This document shows, piece after piece, positions 13,001-35,249 of a DNA stretch of 64,000 bases; within the stretch, counting starts at the first letter, position 1; each line of letters starts with the position of its first letter. The stretch covers positions 13,297,864 to 13,361,863 of the forward strand of contig CM082583.2 in the NCBI GenBank assembly GCA_040954595.2. Reading direction: 5' to 3'. The notes beneath the pieces are model-generated. The model was not told where the DNA came from, did no database searches, and saw nothing but the letters and a program-made list of their open reading frames with translations. The stretch is from Balanoglossus misakiensis (Eukaryota; Animalia; Hemichordata). Position numbers and translations under genes: made by a program.

Positions 13001-16000
13001 ATTTTGTCATTTTTTGAAAAAAACCATGGGTTATAGCTCAGGAAAATGTTCAAAAATCGACGATTTTTCGACTTTGCGAATTTTCAAAATTTGGTCATTT
13101 TTGAAAAAAACCATGGGTTATAGCTCAGGAAAATGTTCAAAAATCGACGATTTTTCGACTTTGCGAATTTCAAAATTTGGTCATTTTTTGAAAAAAACCA
13201 TGGGTTATAGCTCAGGAAAATGTTCAAAAATCGACGATTTTTCGACTTTGCGAATTTTCAAAATTTGGTCATTTTTTGAAAAAAACCATGGGTTATAGCT
13301 CAGGAAAATGTTCAAAAATCGACGATTTTTCGACTTTGCGAATTTTCAAAATTTGGTCATTTTTTGAAAAAAACCATGGGTTATAGCTCAGGAAAATGTT
13401 CAAAAATCGACGATTTTTCGACTTTGCGAATTTTCAAAATTTGGTCATTTTTTGAAAAAAACCATGGGTTATAGCTCAGGAAAATGTTCAAAAATCGACG
13501 ATTTTTCGACTTTGCGAATTTTCAAAATTTGGTCATTTTTGAAAAAAACCATGGGTTATAGCTCAGGAAAATGTTCAAAAATCGACGATTTTTCGACTTT
13601 GCGAATTTTCAAAATTTGGTCATTTTTTGAAAAAAACCATGGGTTATAGCTCAGGAAAATGTTCAAAAATCGACGATTTTTCGACTTTGCGAATTTTCAA
13701 AATTTGGTCATTTTTTGAAAAAAACCATGGGTTATAGCTCAGGAAAATGTTCAAAAATCGACGATTTTTCGACTTTGCGAATTTTCAAAATTTGGTCATT
13801 TTTTGAAAAAAAACCATGGGTTATAGCTCAGGAAAATGTTCAAAAATCGACGATTTTTCGACTTTGCGAATTTTCAAAATTTGGTCATTTTTTGAAAAAA
13901 ACCATGGGTTATAGCTCAGGAAAATGTTCAAAAATCGACGATTTTTCGACTTTGCGAATTTTCAAAATTTGGTCATTTTTTGAAAAAAACCATGGGTTAT
14001 AGCTCAGGAAAATGTTCAAAAATCGACGATTTTTCGACTTTGCGAATTTTCAAAATTTGGTCATTTTTTGAAAAAAAACCATGGGTTATAGCTCAGGAAA
14101 ATGTTCAAAAATCGACGATTTTTCGACTTTGCGAATTTTCAAAATTTGGTCATTTTTTGAAAAAAACCATGGGTTATAGCTCAGGAAAATGTTCAAAAAT
14201 CGACGATTTTTCGACTTTGCGAATTTTCAAAATTTGGTCATTTTTTGAAAAAAACCATGGGTTATAGCTCAGGAAAATGTTCAAAAATCGACGATTTTTC
14301 GACTTTGCGAATTTTCAAAATTTGGTCATTTTTTGAAAAAAACCATGGGTTATAGCTCAGGAAAATGTTCAAAAATCGACGATTTTTCGACTTTGCGAAT
14401 TTTCAAAATTTGGTCATTTTTTGAAAAAAACCATGGGTTATAGCTCAGGAAAATGTTCAAAAATCGACGATTTTTCGACTTTGCGAATTTTCAAAATTTG
14501 GTCATTTTTTGAAAAAAACCATGGGTTATAGCTCAGGAAAATGTTCAAAAATCGACGATTTTTCGACTTTGCGAATTTTCAAAATTTGGTCATTTTTTGA
14601 AAAAAACCATGGGTTATAGCTCAGGAAAATGTTCAAAAATCGACGATTTTTCGACTTTGCGAATTTTCAAAATTTGGTCATTTTTTGAAAAAAACCATGG
14701 GTTATAGCTCAGGAAAATGTTCAAAAATCGACGATTTTTCGACTTTGCGAATTTTCAAAATTTGGTCATTTTTTGAAAAAAACCATGGGTTATAGCTCAG
14801 GAAAATGTTCAAAAATCGACGATTTTTCGACTTTGCGAATTTTCAAAATTTGGTCATTTTTTGAAAAAAACCATGGGTTATAGCTCAGGAAAATGTTCAA
14901 AAATCGACGATTTTTCGACTTTGCGAATTTTCAAAATTTGGTCATTTTTTGAAAAAAACCATGGGTTATAGCTCAGGAAAATGTTCAAAAATCGACGATT
15001 TTTCGACTTTGCGAATTTTCAAAATTTGGTCATTTTTTGAAAAAAACCATGGGTTATAGCTCAGGAAAATGTTCAAAAATCGACGATTTTTCGACTTTGC
15101 GAATTTTCAAAATTTGGTCATTTTTTGAAAAAAACCATGGGTTATAGCTCAGGAAAATGTTCAAAAATCGACGATTTTTCGACTTTGCGAATTTTCAAAA
15201 TTTGGTCATTTTTTGAAAAAAACCATGGGTTATAGCTCAGGAAAATGTTCAAAAATCGACGATTTTTCGACTTTGCGAATTTTCAAAATTTGGTCATTTT
15301 TTGAAAAAAACCATGGGTTATAGCTCAGGAAAATGTTCAAAAATCGACGATTTTTCGACTTTGCGAATTTTCAAAATTTGGTCATTTTTTGAAAAAAACC
15401 ATGGGTTATAGCTCAGGAAAATGTTCAAAAATCGACGATTTTTCGACTTTGCGAATTTTCAAAATTTGGTCATTTTTTGAAAAAAACCATGGGTTATAGC
15501 TCAGGAAAATGTTCAAAAATCGACGATTTTTCGACTTTGCGAATTTTCAAAATTTGGTCATTTTTGAAAAAAACCATGGGTTATAGCTCAGGAAAATGTT
15601 CAAAAATCGACGATTTTTCGACTTTGCGAATTTTCAAAATTTGGTCATTTTTTGAAAAAAACCATGGGTTATAGCTCAGGAAAATGTTCAAAAATCGACG
15701 ATTTTTCGACTTTGCGAATTTTCAAAATTTGGTCATTTTTTGAAAAAAACCATGGGTTATAGCTCAGGAAAATGTTCAAAAATCGACGATTTTTCGACTT
15801 TGCGAATTTTCAAAATTTGGTCATTTTTTGAAAAAAACCATGGGTTATAGCTCAGGAAAATGGTCAAATATCCACGATTTTTCGACTTTGCGAATTTTCA
15901 AAATTTGGTCATTTTTTGAAAAAACCATGGGTTATAGCTCAGGAAAATGGTCAAATATCCACGATTTTTCGACTTTGCGAATTTTCAAAATTTGGTCATT

Positions 16001-19000
16001 TTTTGAAAAAACCATGGGTTATAGCTCAGGAAAATGGTCAAAAATCGACGATTTTTCGACTTTGCGAATTTTCAAAATTTGGTCATTTTTTGAAAAAAAC
16101 CATGGGTTATAGCTCAGGAAAATGGTCAAAAATCGACGATTTTTCGACTTTGCGAATTTTCAAAATTTGGTCATTTTTTGAAAAAAACCATGGGTTATAG
16201 CTCAGGAAAATGTTCAAAAATCGACGATTTTTCGACTTTGCGAATTTTCAAAATTTGGTCATTTTTTGAAAAAAACCATGGGTTATAGCTCAGGAAAATG
16301 TTCAAAAATCGACGATTTTTCGACTTTGCGAATTTTCAAAATTTGGTCATTTTTTGAAAAAAACCATGGGTTATAGCTCAGGAAAATGTTCAAAAATCGA
16401 CGATTTTTCGACTTTGCGAATTTTCAAAATTTGGTCATTTTTTTGAAAAAAACCATGGGTTATAGCTCAGGAAAATGTTCAAAAATCGACGATTTTTCGA
16501 CTTTGCGAATTTTCAAAATTTGGTCATTTTTTGAAAAAAACCATGGGTTATAGCTCAGGAAAATGTTCAAAAATCGACGATTTTTCGACTTTGCGAATTT
16601 TCAAAATTTGGTCATTTTTTGAAAAAAACCATGGGTTATAGCTCAGGAAAATGTTCAAAAATCGACGATTTTTCGACTTTGCGAATTTTCAAAATTTGGT
16701 CATTTTTTGAAAAAAACCATGGGTTATAGCTCAGGAAAATGTTCAAAAATCGACGATTTTTCGACTTTGCGAATTTTCAAAATTTGGTCATTTTTTGAAA
16801 AAAACCATGGGTTATAGCTCAGGAAAATGTTCAAAAATCGACGATTTTTCGACTTTGCGAATTTTCAAAATTTGGTCATTTTTTGAAAAAAACCATGGGT
16901 TATAGCTCAGGAAAATGTTCAAAAATCGACGATTTTTCGACTTTGCGAATTTTCAAAATTTGGTCATTTTTTGAAAAAAACCATGGGTTATAGCTCAGGA
17001 AAATGTTCAAAAATCGACGATTTTTCGACTTTGCGAATTTTCAAAATTTGGTCATTTTTTGAAAAAAACCATGGGTTATAGCTCAGGAAAATGTTCAAAA
17101 ATCGACGATTTTTCGACTTTGCGAATTTTCAAAATTTGGTCATTTTTTGAAAAAAACCATGGGTTATAGCTCAGGAAAATGTTCAAAAATCGACGATTTT
17201 TCGACTTTGCGAATTTTCAAAATTTGGTCATTTTTTGAAAAAAACCATGGGTTATAGCTCAGGAAAATGTTCAAAAATCGACGATTTTTCGACTTTGCGA
17301 ATTTTCAAAATTTGGTCATTTTTTGAAAAAAACCATGGGTTATAGCTCAGGAAAATGTTCAAAAATCGACGATTTTTCGACTTTGCGAATTTTCAAAATT
17401 TGGTCATTTTTTGAAAAAAACCATGGGTTATAGCTCAGGAAAATGTTCAAAAATCGACGATTTTTCGACTTTGCGAATTTTCAAAATTTGGTCATTTTTT
17501 GAAAAAAACCATGGGTTATAGCTCAGGAAAATGTTCAAAAATCGACGATTTTTCGACTTTGCGAATTTTCAAAATTTGGTCATTTTTTGAAAAAAACCAT
17601 GGGTTATAGCTCAGGAAAATGTTCAAAAATCGACGATTTTTCGACTTTGCGAATTTTCAAAATTTGGTCATTTTTTGAAAAAAACCATGGGTTATAGCTC
17701 AGGGAAAATGTTCAAAATCGACGATTTTTCGACTTTGCGAATTTTCAAAATTTGGTCATTTTTTTGAAAAAAACCATGGGTTATAGCTCAGGAAAATGTT
17801 CAAAAATCGACGATTTTTCGACTTTGCGAATTTTCAAAATTTGGTCATTTTTTGAAAAAAACCATGGGTTATAGCTCAGGAAAATGTTCAAAAATCGACG
17901 ATTTTTCGACTTTGCGAATTTTCAAAATTTGGTCATTTTTTGAAAAAAACCATGGGTTATAGCTCAGGAAAATGTTCAAAAATCGACGATTTTTCGACTT
18001 TGCGAATTTTCAAAATTTGGTCATTTTTTGAAAAAAACCATGGGTTATAGCTCAGGAAAATGTTCAAAAATCGACGATTTTTCGACTTTGCGAATTTTCA
18101 AAATTTGGTCATTTTTTGAAAAAAACCATGGGTTATAGCTCAGGAAAATGTTCAAAAATCGACGATTTTTCGACTTTGCGAATTTTCAAAATTTGGTCAT
18201 TTTTTGAAAAAAACCATGGGTTATAGCTCAGGAAAATGTTCAAAAATCGACGATTTTTCGACTTTGCGAATTTTCAAAATTTGGTCATTTTTTGAAAAAA
18301 ACCATGGGTTATAGCTCAGGAAAATGTTCAAAAATCGACGATTTTTCGACTTTGCGAATTTTCAAAATTTGGTCATTTTTTGAAAAAAACCATGGGTTAT
18401 AGCTCAGGAAAATGTTCAAAAATCGACGATTTTTCGACTTTGCGAATTTTCAAAATTTGGTCATTTTTTGAAAAAAACCATGGGTTATAGCTCAGGAAAA
18501 TGTTCAAAAATCGACGATTTTTCGACTTTGCGAATTTTCAAAATTTGGTCATTTTTTGAAAAAAACCATGGGTTATAGCTCAGGAAAATGGTCAAATATC
18601 CACGATTTTTCGACTTTGCGAATTTTCAAAATTTGGTCATTTTTTGAAAAAAACCATGGGTTATAGCTCAGGAAAATGGTCAAATATCCACGATTTTTCG
18701 ACTTTGCGAATTTTCAAAATTTGGTCATTTTTTGAAAAAACCATGGGTTATAGCTCAGGAAAATGGTCAAAAATCGACGATTTTTCGACTTTGCGAATTT
18801 TCAAAATTTGGTCATTTTTTGAAAAAAACCATGGGTTATAGCTCAGGAAAATGGTCAAAAATCGACGATTTTTCGACTTTGCGAATTTTCAAAATTTGGT
18901 CATTTTTTGAAAAAAACCATGGGTTATAGCTCAGGAAAATGTTCAAAAATCGACGATTTTTCGACTTTGCGAATTTTCAAAATTTGGTCATTTTTTGAAA

Positions 19001-19289
19001 AAAACCATGGGTTATAGCTCAGGAAAATGTTCAAAAATCGACGATTTTTCGACTTTGCGAATTTTCAAAATTTGGTCATTTTTTGAAAAAAACCATGGGT
19101 TATAGCTCAGGAAAATGTTCAAAAATCGACGATTTTTCGACTTTGCGAATTTTCAAAATTTGGTCATTTTTTGAAAAAAACCATGGGTTATAGCTCAGGA
19201 AAATGTTCAAAAATCGACGATTTTTCGATTTTGCGAATTTTCAAAATTTGGTCATTTTTTGAAAAAACCATGGGTTATAGCTCAGGAAA
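1020..19289 (+). repeat. 88-bp tandem satellite array (~208 monomers)
   Basis: Consensus ccatgggttatagctcaggaaaatgttcaaaaatcgacgatttttcgactttgcgaattttcaaaatttggtcattttttgaaaaaaa, repeated head-to-tail. Variation is mainly homopolymer length plus a few recurrent substitutions. Confidence 0.99.
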
Positions 19290-19586
19290 TCATGACACAT
19301 GTAACATTTTAATATTCATTATGATAAGATCTTTATTTTTGTATTTTTACGATACAATACAATACAGTGTGCTGAATGTAGCATAACGCAAAATTTCAAA
19401 TTCAAAAACAGTCCATCAGCGCTAGCTCCAAACATAACTTTTGGGTTGTGACATATATTGGCCATGGCTTTTCAAAAGGCAGCTGCAGATATATGGTGTT
19501 TTGTTCGTCTAGAAATGTCGGTATAAAAGTTTAAAATCCACGTGTATTTTATTGTAAAATACTGTGACTGTTCTCGAGAAGATTTA

Positions 19587-22559
<2,973 letters not shown>

Positions 22560-22676
22560 TTTGGGTGAAGACTGGAAGAAAATGAAGACGAGGTGTACCT
22601 GGATAGAGAGCTCACTGATGACGTGATGGAGTCTGTTGTGAGCACGAAACTACTCGATTAGGTGTCCTTGCCCGAA

Positions 22677-22753
22677 TTTATATCCTCATTCGGATTCTAT
22701 GATTTTAAATGAGGCTACGAGCGAGAATATTTTCTGTTCGAGTTTCCTATTGG
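22677..22753 (-). promoter_or_regulatory. TATA + CCAAT core promoter of alpha-tubulin copy 1
   Basis: TATAAA (minus strand) at 22677-22682 and CCAAT (minus strand) at 22749-22753, about 120 and 190 bp upstream of the ATG. Confidence 0.6.
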
Positions 22754-23440
22754 TTGAATCTGGACCTGTTCTGAATTCTGACTCGTCAGTTTCGAGTAAA
22801 TATGCATAATTAAATATAATTTTTGAGTCAAAGGTCGGAAAGATTATTTAAGTGGGCGTTACATATGCTTCGACGTGCTAGCTGATGTATGATATCCGCA
22901 TTTCTTACATTGCCAGGTTTCAGCATAATTTAAATAGAAATAGTAGTTCATGCTTTTCTGCTCGTAGACAGAATCGTCAGCTGCAACGCTGGTGGGTGTG
23001 AGATGCGGCCTGTGATGAGAAACAGAGTGAAACACAGATACATATATTACATACGGGAATCCAGTGACTCATGAGAAACTGGGAATTTGACAACAACATT
23101 TGCATAAAGATAGTGAATACCCAAAGACCCCTGTGAATCTCTGACCCGTGATTTTTGCATATCACCACGGAAACCTCATAAAACAATAGCATCATTATAG
23201 TGGCAGGATGTTTAATTATTCATCGATTGCATTAGTAAGTAATTGATTTTGAAAAAAAAAATGTCATTAGTAAATATTGTAATCTACTGCGAGCCAAGAC
23301 TGGCGACTGTTTAGCAAAAATTTTCATGATGGTTCATTCTGCACCAGATGTACACGTAGTAGAATGAAGCGAGCCAGACAACGAAGGTTTTGTGCTTGGC
23401 TCATTATATCCATGTCACCATAATGTGAATGCAGAAGCGG

Positions 23441-23464
23441 TGATGATGATGATGATGATGATGA
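23441..23464. repeat. (TGA)8 microsatellite
   Basis: tgatgatgatgatgatgatgatga. Confidence 0.85.
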
Positions 23465-24779
23465 ACCACCCTAGGAGAATGGTTCTTGTTATAAATTTGC
23501 ATGCCGAACAATGATGAGGTTTTGAAACGAGAAAGGTGAAAGGTCATGGTTAGGAGCAAAGAAATTTCACTGTTTTGAAGGACAATTAACAGTAATGACA
23601 AATGAAATGAGATTATTTAAGACAGAAGTCGACGGTATCTGTTAGAAATTTAATTACTGATTCAGCGTGCACCACCATTATTACTTTTGTTTCAACTGCT
23701 CTTCCAACAAAATATTAAATTTTGATATTTGTTTCAATAAAAATGAATTATAGCCAGCAAAATAACATCGTGGCAAAAAAGACATTCAAAATAAATCATA
23801 ATTCGTATGAAGATGGATTAAACAGGCAGCACGGGAAAAACGAGACACTGATTTGAATGTAGAGAAATCGACCTTTCGCATGTCTTCGACTATATTCTTC
23901 ACGATATCCATTGGGATTTGATCGTGAATTGATTTGCACAGGAAATCGTGAGTCGCATACGGAAAGAAACAAAACGTTTTCTTCTCTCTCTGTGCCAGAC
24001 GGCATGACGTCATCCTTCATCCTACGTGATGTCTTTTGGGATGCACCGAAGGTAAAAGTTCATATTAAATTTTACCTTTGTGAAAAGTCACGACTCGCTT
24101 TCATTTACATTCGTTTTACTGCAAGACATATAATTTCTGAAAACTGGATAGAATTTCACGGTACAGTCATTTTGCAAATTTGAGGAATCTTTCATCAGTG
24201 ACCTCTAGACCGAAATTTACTCCTTGGATAATGACGTCATTATTATAAAGACCTTTGGCACGCGACGCGTGTAGTCTGCGGTTATCAAGCTCCCTTCTTT
24301 AAAAAAAATTATCAAGGCATATCTCAACCATGGTCATTATTGGTGGTATAATCAGAGAATAATATGAAATAAAACAAGTAGTTAAATCGCTTCAGGAACC
24401 AATAATATTGCACACAAAAGAAAGATAACGAAGACTTGAAATCGACTATGCCGCGCCGTGCCATCGTTTAATATCGTCATTCTCATTTACCTTGACATAC
24501 ACAAGGAGTGACCTCAGCAGACGGATGTGTCACTGGTAATCTTAGAACGCCATCCGGTCGGCGAGATAAACACCCCATCTATTTTCTAGATGATTTAGAC
24601 AAGGCCTCGTTTAATCATCAACGAAAAAATAAACTGGCATTGGATCACAAGATAAATTGAACAATTTTTGGAATTCTGTGAAAACATATTTGTCTGCACG
24701 TTCTTTGATGATGACATAATATATACATATAATTAGATTCCTGTTTCAATTGGCCCTTTATATTCTGGTCAAATTCTGA

Positions 24780-24793
24780 GTTGCCATGGAAAT
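24780..24793. promoter_or_regulatory. RFX X-box-like motif upstream of alpha-tubulin copy 2
   Basis: GTTGCCATGGAAAT matches the palindromic X-box GTTGCCATGGCAAC at 12/14, about 250 bp upstream of the TATA box. Confidence 0.4.
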
Positions 24794-24965
24794 GTTGGCA
24801 CTTGCGAGAATGCCATGACCGCGACACGCGCGTTTTATTTGAGCGCATATTATTTTAACACGGTCAATTTGAACGCCCTCGCAAGGAAAACTAAGACGAC
24901 ACGTCGAATGGTAACCTTTGACCCCGACAAAAATTTTAAGCAGGGAAGGTTATTTCCACGGTTGA

Positions 24966-25041
24966 CCAATCAGAACGGAGGAAAGTGATTGTGTCTGGCT
25001 GGTGACTTATCCTAAGTCATTCAGATAATAGGGAGTATAAA
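24966..25041 (+). promoter_or_regulatory. CCAAT + TATA core promoter of alpha-tubulin copy 2
   Basis: gaCCAATca at 24966-24970 and TATAAA at 25036-25041. The ~70-bp spacing and ~120-bp distance to the ATG match copy 1. Confidence 0.6.
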
Positions 25042-25156
25042 TTTGGAATGCAATTCAGGAGATAATCAGTGTGGTTGCTCACTACAGACTCGTCTACGTC
25101 GTTCGTGAGAAAGTTTCCCCTTCACTCGGCGCCTTGAACTTCGCAGCGCATTCGAA

Positions 25157-29086
<3,930 letters not shown>

Positions 29087-30780
29087 ACATCAAAATAATA
29101 TCACGACAAATCACGTATGTCTGCCAGTTGTCTGAAAGGATATGTTAACAACGTGACGGCATGAGATTTCTGTTCTTGTTTTTTTTTTTGCAAAAATGCT
29201 TTTTGCAGTTGAAATTACGAGTTGTATCACATAGTGGACGGACTGTGCCCTTTTTTCAATGCGGTGCTTACGCTGGCTACCCTGACACTGTATGTAACTT
29301 TTCTTTGGAATGGAAAAAAATTAGTGTCGTAATAAAACAAATTATTTGATTTAATTAAAAACGATGGCTCAATCTCAGTATGTTTAGATGTTGGAGTCGT
29401 CTTGAAGACAAGGCACCTTTTGTACCGATCTCCCCATTCATAAAACCTTGCAAACCCCAGAGCCCATCTGAACCCTTATTCACAACTCAGTTATGGGAAA
29501 TCAGTGAGATGTATCATCATATTCAATTGCCGATGGCATTTAATTCTCAGATGGTCTTCCATTTTGACCGCCATGTTTGTATTTCAAAGCAAAAAAATAC
29601 CTACGAACATTGACATTCATGAACCCGTTGTTCCTTTGCATATTGACCAGGAAGCCACCTCGTTGATCGAACGCACCTGCCATGAAATAATAGGAAGTAT
29701 TTGCAATTGTGCATCTGGCATGTAATGTGACAAAAGGTGGGGGAACAATGGGCATTGGGAATGCAATGAGTATTCAAATAACTCTCAGAGGCGACGACAG
29801 TTTCCTGCCTGACGAAGACAGTTGTTGAAACTCGTTCTTTCCACTGTCAATTTCATTTAACAGCATTTGTGGCCGTCGACTGGATGATTCATTCTGGCGA
29901 TGACTCATGTCGATTTACCCAGACATCGAGAAAGACATATTCACCTAAAGGGGGTTATTACATCACATACGACTGCATTAAATTATATGAACTCCTTTCA
30001 ACCAATCAGATACCCTTGAGATGACATCATACCCTACTGCCATAATGCAGTCAATTTAATGATGATTCACTTCAACAAACAAGCTTACATAAAAAAATCG
30101 GCAGAGTTATCGACGATATAATTGATAGAGGATAGAATTATTCCATGGCATGCCTATACGGTGATCCTGGAAATTTCCTTCGTTCAAGACTTGAATTTGC
30201 ATCAATGTCATTTGAAACCACTGCATAAACTGTGTCTCAAGAGAGGTGATTTGTTCCTTTACTTATACACATCTATGAGCCAGGAACGATGAAAGCAGCT
30301 CTCTGCAATTACTACTCTACTGCAAGTAGATTTGTCAATGTTAGAGATTGAATTTGCATCAATGTCAACGTGAATATTGTTCAAATTTAGAGTTTGGGAT
30401 TGGGCTCAAAATACTACCTGTACATATTGACAAAAATCAGAGTCACTTTCAAAATATGATGAAAGGCTCTACCATCAAACACAGCCCATTGCCGAGGCCT
30501 GGGCTGTCCGTGTTTTCCCGCCTCTGTATTTCAAAGGCACCAATGGAGTGCCCGCCAATACATGGAGGTCACACTACTACCATATGGTGCGGGTCTCCAT
30601 AGATAAATTAGCATGTATATTTGATGCATGTATCATTGTGCAGCTCACAGCCGACCCCAAAGCGTCACGGTGAGAGAACACAAACCCCGGCAACATCATT
30701 AACTTCAATCCGCTTTATATCACGTGAGGTGTGCGAACAACCCCGATATTACAAAGTCTTCATCCCAAAAGTCAAGCAAT

Positions 30781-33248
<2,468 letters not shown>

Positions 33249-35212
33249 TCACCATTGATTGATTGATTCTCGCGTACGAACGGCACGTGGGCTGGGGTTG
33301 GTAATGTCATATTAACATTTCTAATTTTCCAATTTGTATCACTATTTATCTTCATTTTAAGATAATATTCGGTGGAACAGCCAGTGTCCAAAATTATTGA
33401 ATAAAGGAATCAGACAATATAAATGTGTAATGTTGTTCATTAGACTGAATAAATGTTGAATCGTTTTTTGTCCACGATTTTATTTTCTCCATAGTTAATT
33501 TTGCTATCTCATTCAAAAATTTGAACTGTGACTCTCAATTTTTACTGTAAATTTTAAGACAGGTTAATTTTAAGTTGCCTTGAGCAAAGTATGAGAAAAA
33601 ATGTTAGACTTTGGTTTTCGAGGCGCATACTACCCTAAGCAACAAAGACTGCACTATTCAACAGTCGTATTTGTGGAGGAGGAGGGCTCTATCTGAAACA
33701 AAATTAATTGGCCCTTATTAGTTATAAATTACATCCTGGGGGAATTGTGCCGAAAGGCTGCACTAAGTATATATGCAGCTGAAACCAATGGTTTTTCCTT
33801 CATATTTTACTTACGTTATCGAGCTTTATGGTGTACATGTCAAAACAGGGGTAATTTTGCAGAAATTAACACACATTAGGATCGAAATAATTCGCCTGTT
33901 AAAGTGGACGTTTGAAAGGCAGCAATTTACACGAGGATATCATGTGGAGTCTATGACTAAAGCCAACGAAGCATTACAAGGCAAAACGCGTCATGGAAGC
34001 CGGTCTCTACGCCTGCGCAATGATGATGTACGCCCGATCAGCAGTGACTCGCAAATTTGACATGAAGAGTGGATTCTCAGCAGTATTACGTTGACAACAC
34101 ATTGAAATCCGTCAAAATTGACCGCAGCACAGTTGTTCTGTAAATTGTGTGGGGGTGAGGGCGCATCGACAGCCAAGAATTGCCCGAATTGTCGACATCT
34201 CATTGTATGACGCCACTGCCAAGGAACGATATGGAGAAGGCGACTTCAAATATATGAGCAGATAGCAAGGAGGAGACAAAAGGGAAGTGACATCCTTTGC
34301 TGCAAGCCGCGGGGTTCACTATACGCAATACCCGATGTAGCCATGGCGACAGAGTAGGTTCAAGACTTTGACTTTTAAAATGCGGGCTTGTAGAGGCTGA
34401 TACTTCCAATAGGTAAGGCGCCGAGTTGAGTTTTTGACTATGTTATTTTTTACGCTATTCATATCACTTTTTATTATCATCAAATTAGGGACATTACGAT
34501 ATAAATTAATTATCAATCTTTATGCTTTTGTTCGGTGAATCAACTAAAATTATATGTCACATAGTTTCCTTTAATACCTAGTATATGACCATCTTTACCT
34601 TTGTCCAATGTTCGAGTCAGGACAAGAATTAATTTGCCAACACATAATACCCTGTCATGAATTCAAACTCAGCATATTCAGAGCTCCTTTGTGTGATTAG
34701 CATACCACGAAGTACTTTTGTCGCAATGCGTTTTGTTCACTGCTCATAACCACGGCCACTCCACACTGTGTGGACCCTGGACATGCCCTGGCGTAACGGG
34801 TGGAGAAAGGTGTTATGGGTTTTGTTCTCCACGTCCAAGATTTATTTAACTGTCATTTGTGGTATTTGAAGTACCAATGCCTGTCGGAAGGACTGTTACA
34901 GTTCGGAAGTTTGCGAACTTCTAGTATTTGTGAGTATTCCAGTTGGATACGATTTTAATAAAGTTAGTTTACCTGTGTCACGTACGACATTGTTGGCATA
35001 GCTCCATGCATGAACACAGATGTCATTATAAGTCGACGGTAGAGATATTTACATTTTGTTTGGGGACAAGTATTTGCGTAATAAAGCTTCTTTTGTAAAG
35101 CGTCTTCTGTTTGGTATTCATGTATTCAGTGTTTCCACGTCAGCAAATTGTTCTCGCGCCTTGACATACCATGGAGGTACATGTACTAAAGTAAAGCGAG
35201 GGTCTATGGTCA

Positions 35213-35249
35213 GTTCACACACGGTCATCCACACAAACCGTGGTTCACA
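35213..35249. mobile_element. 23-bp TIR micro-insertion with 7-bp target-site duplication
   Basis: GTTCACA-[CACGGT catccacacaa ACCGTG]-GTTCACA. Confidence 0.55.

Noticed and set aside
1-19289. CRISPR-like or telomeric array
   Set aside because: No unique spacers, no cas genes and no short G-rich telomere unit; it is a plain tandem satellite in eukaryotic DNA.
682-19386. Dozens of repetitive ORFs (MGYSSGKCSKIDDFSTLRIFKIWSFF...) up to 413 aa
   Set aside because: Translation by-products of the satellite. They are long only where monomers are 87 bp (a multiple of 3), and frames shift with homopolymer length.
23404-23601. ORF with a poly-His run
   Set aside because: Produced by the (TGA)n microsatellite in the tubulin intergenic spacer.
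33550-33640. Possible transposon terminus (...gaggcgcatactaccctaag)
   Set aside because: No partner inverted repeat or TSD found in the window.
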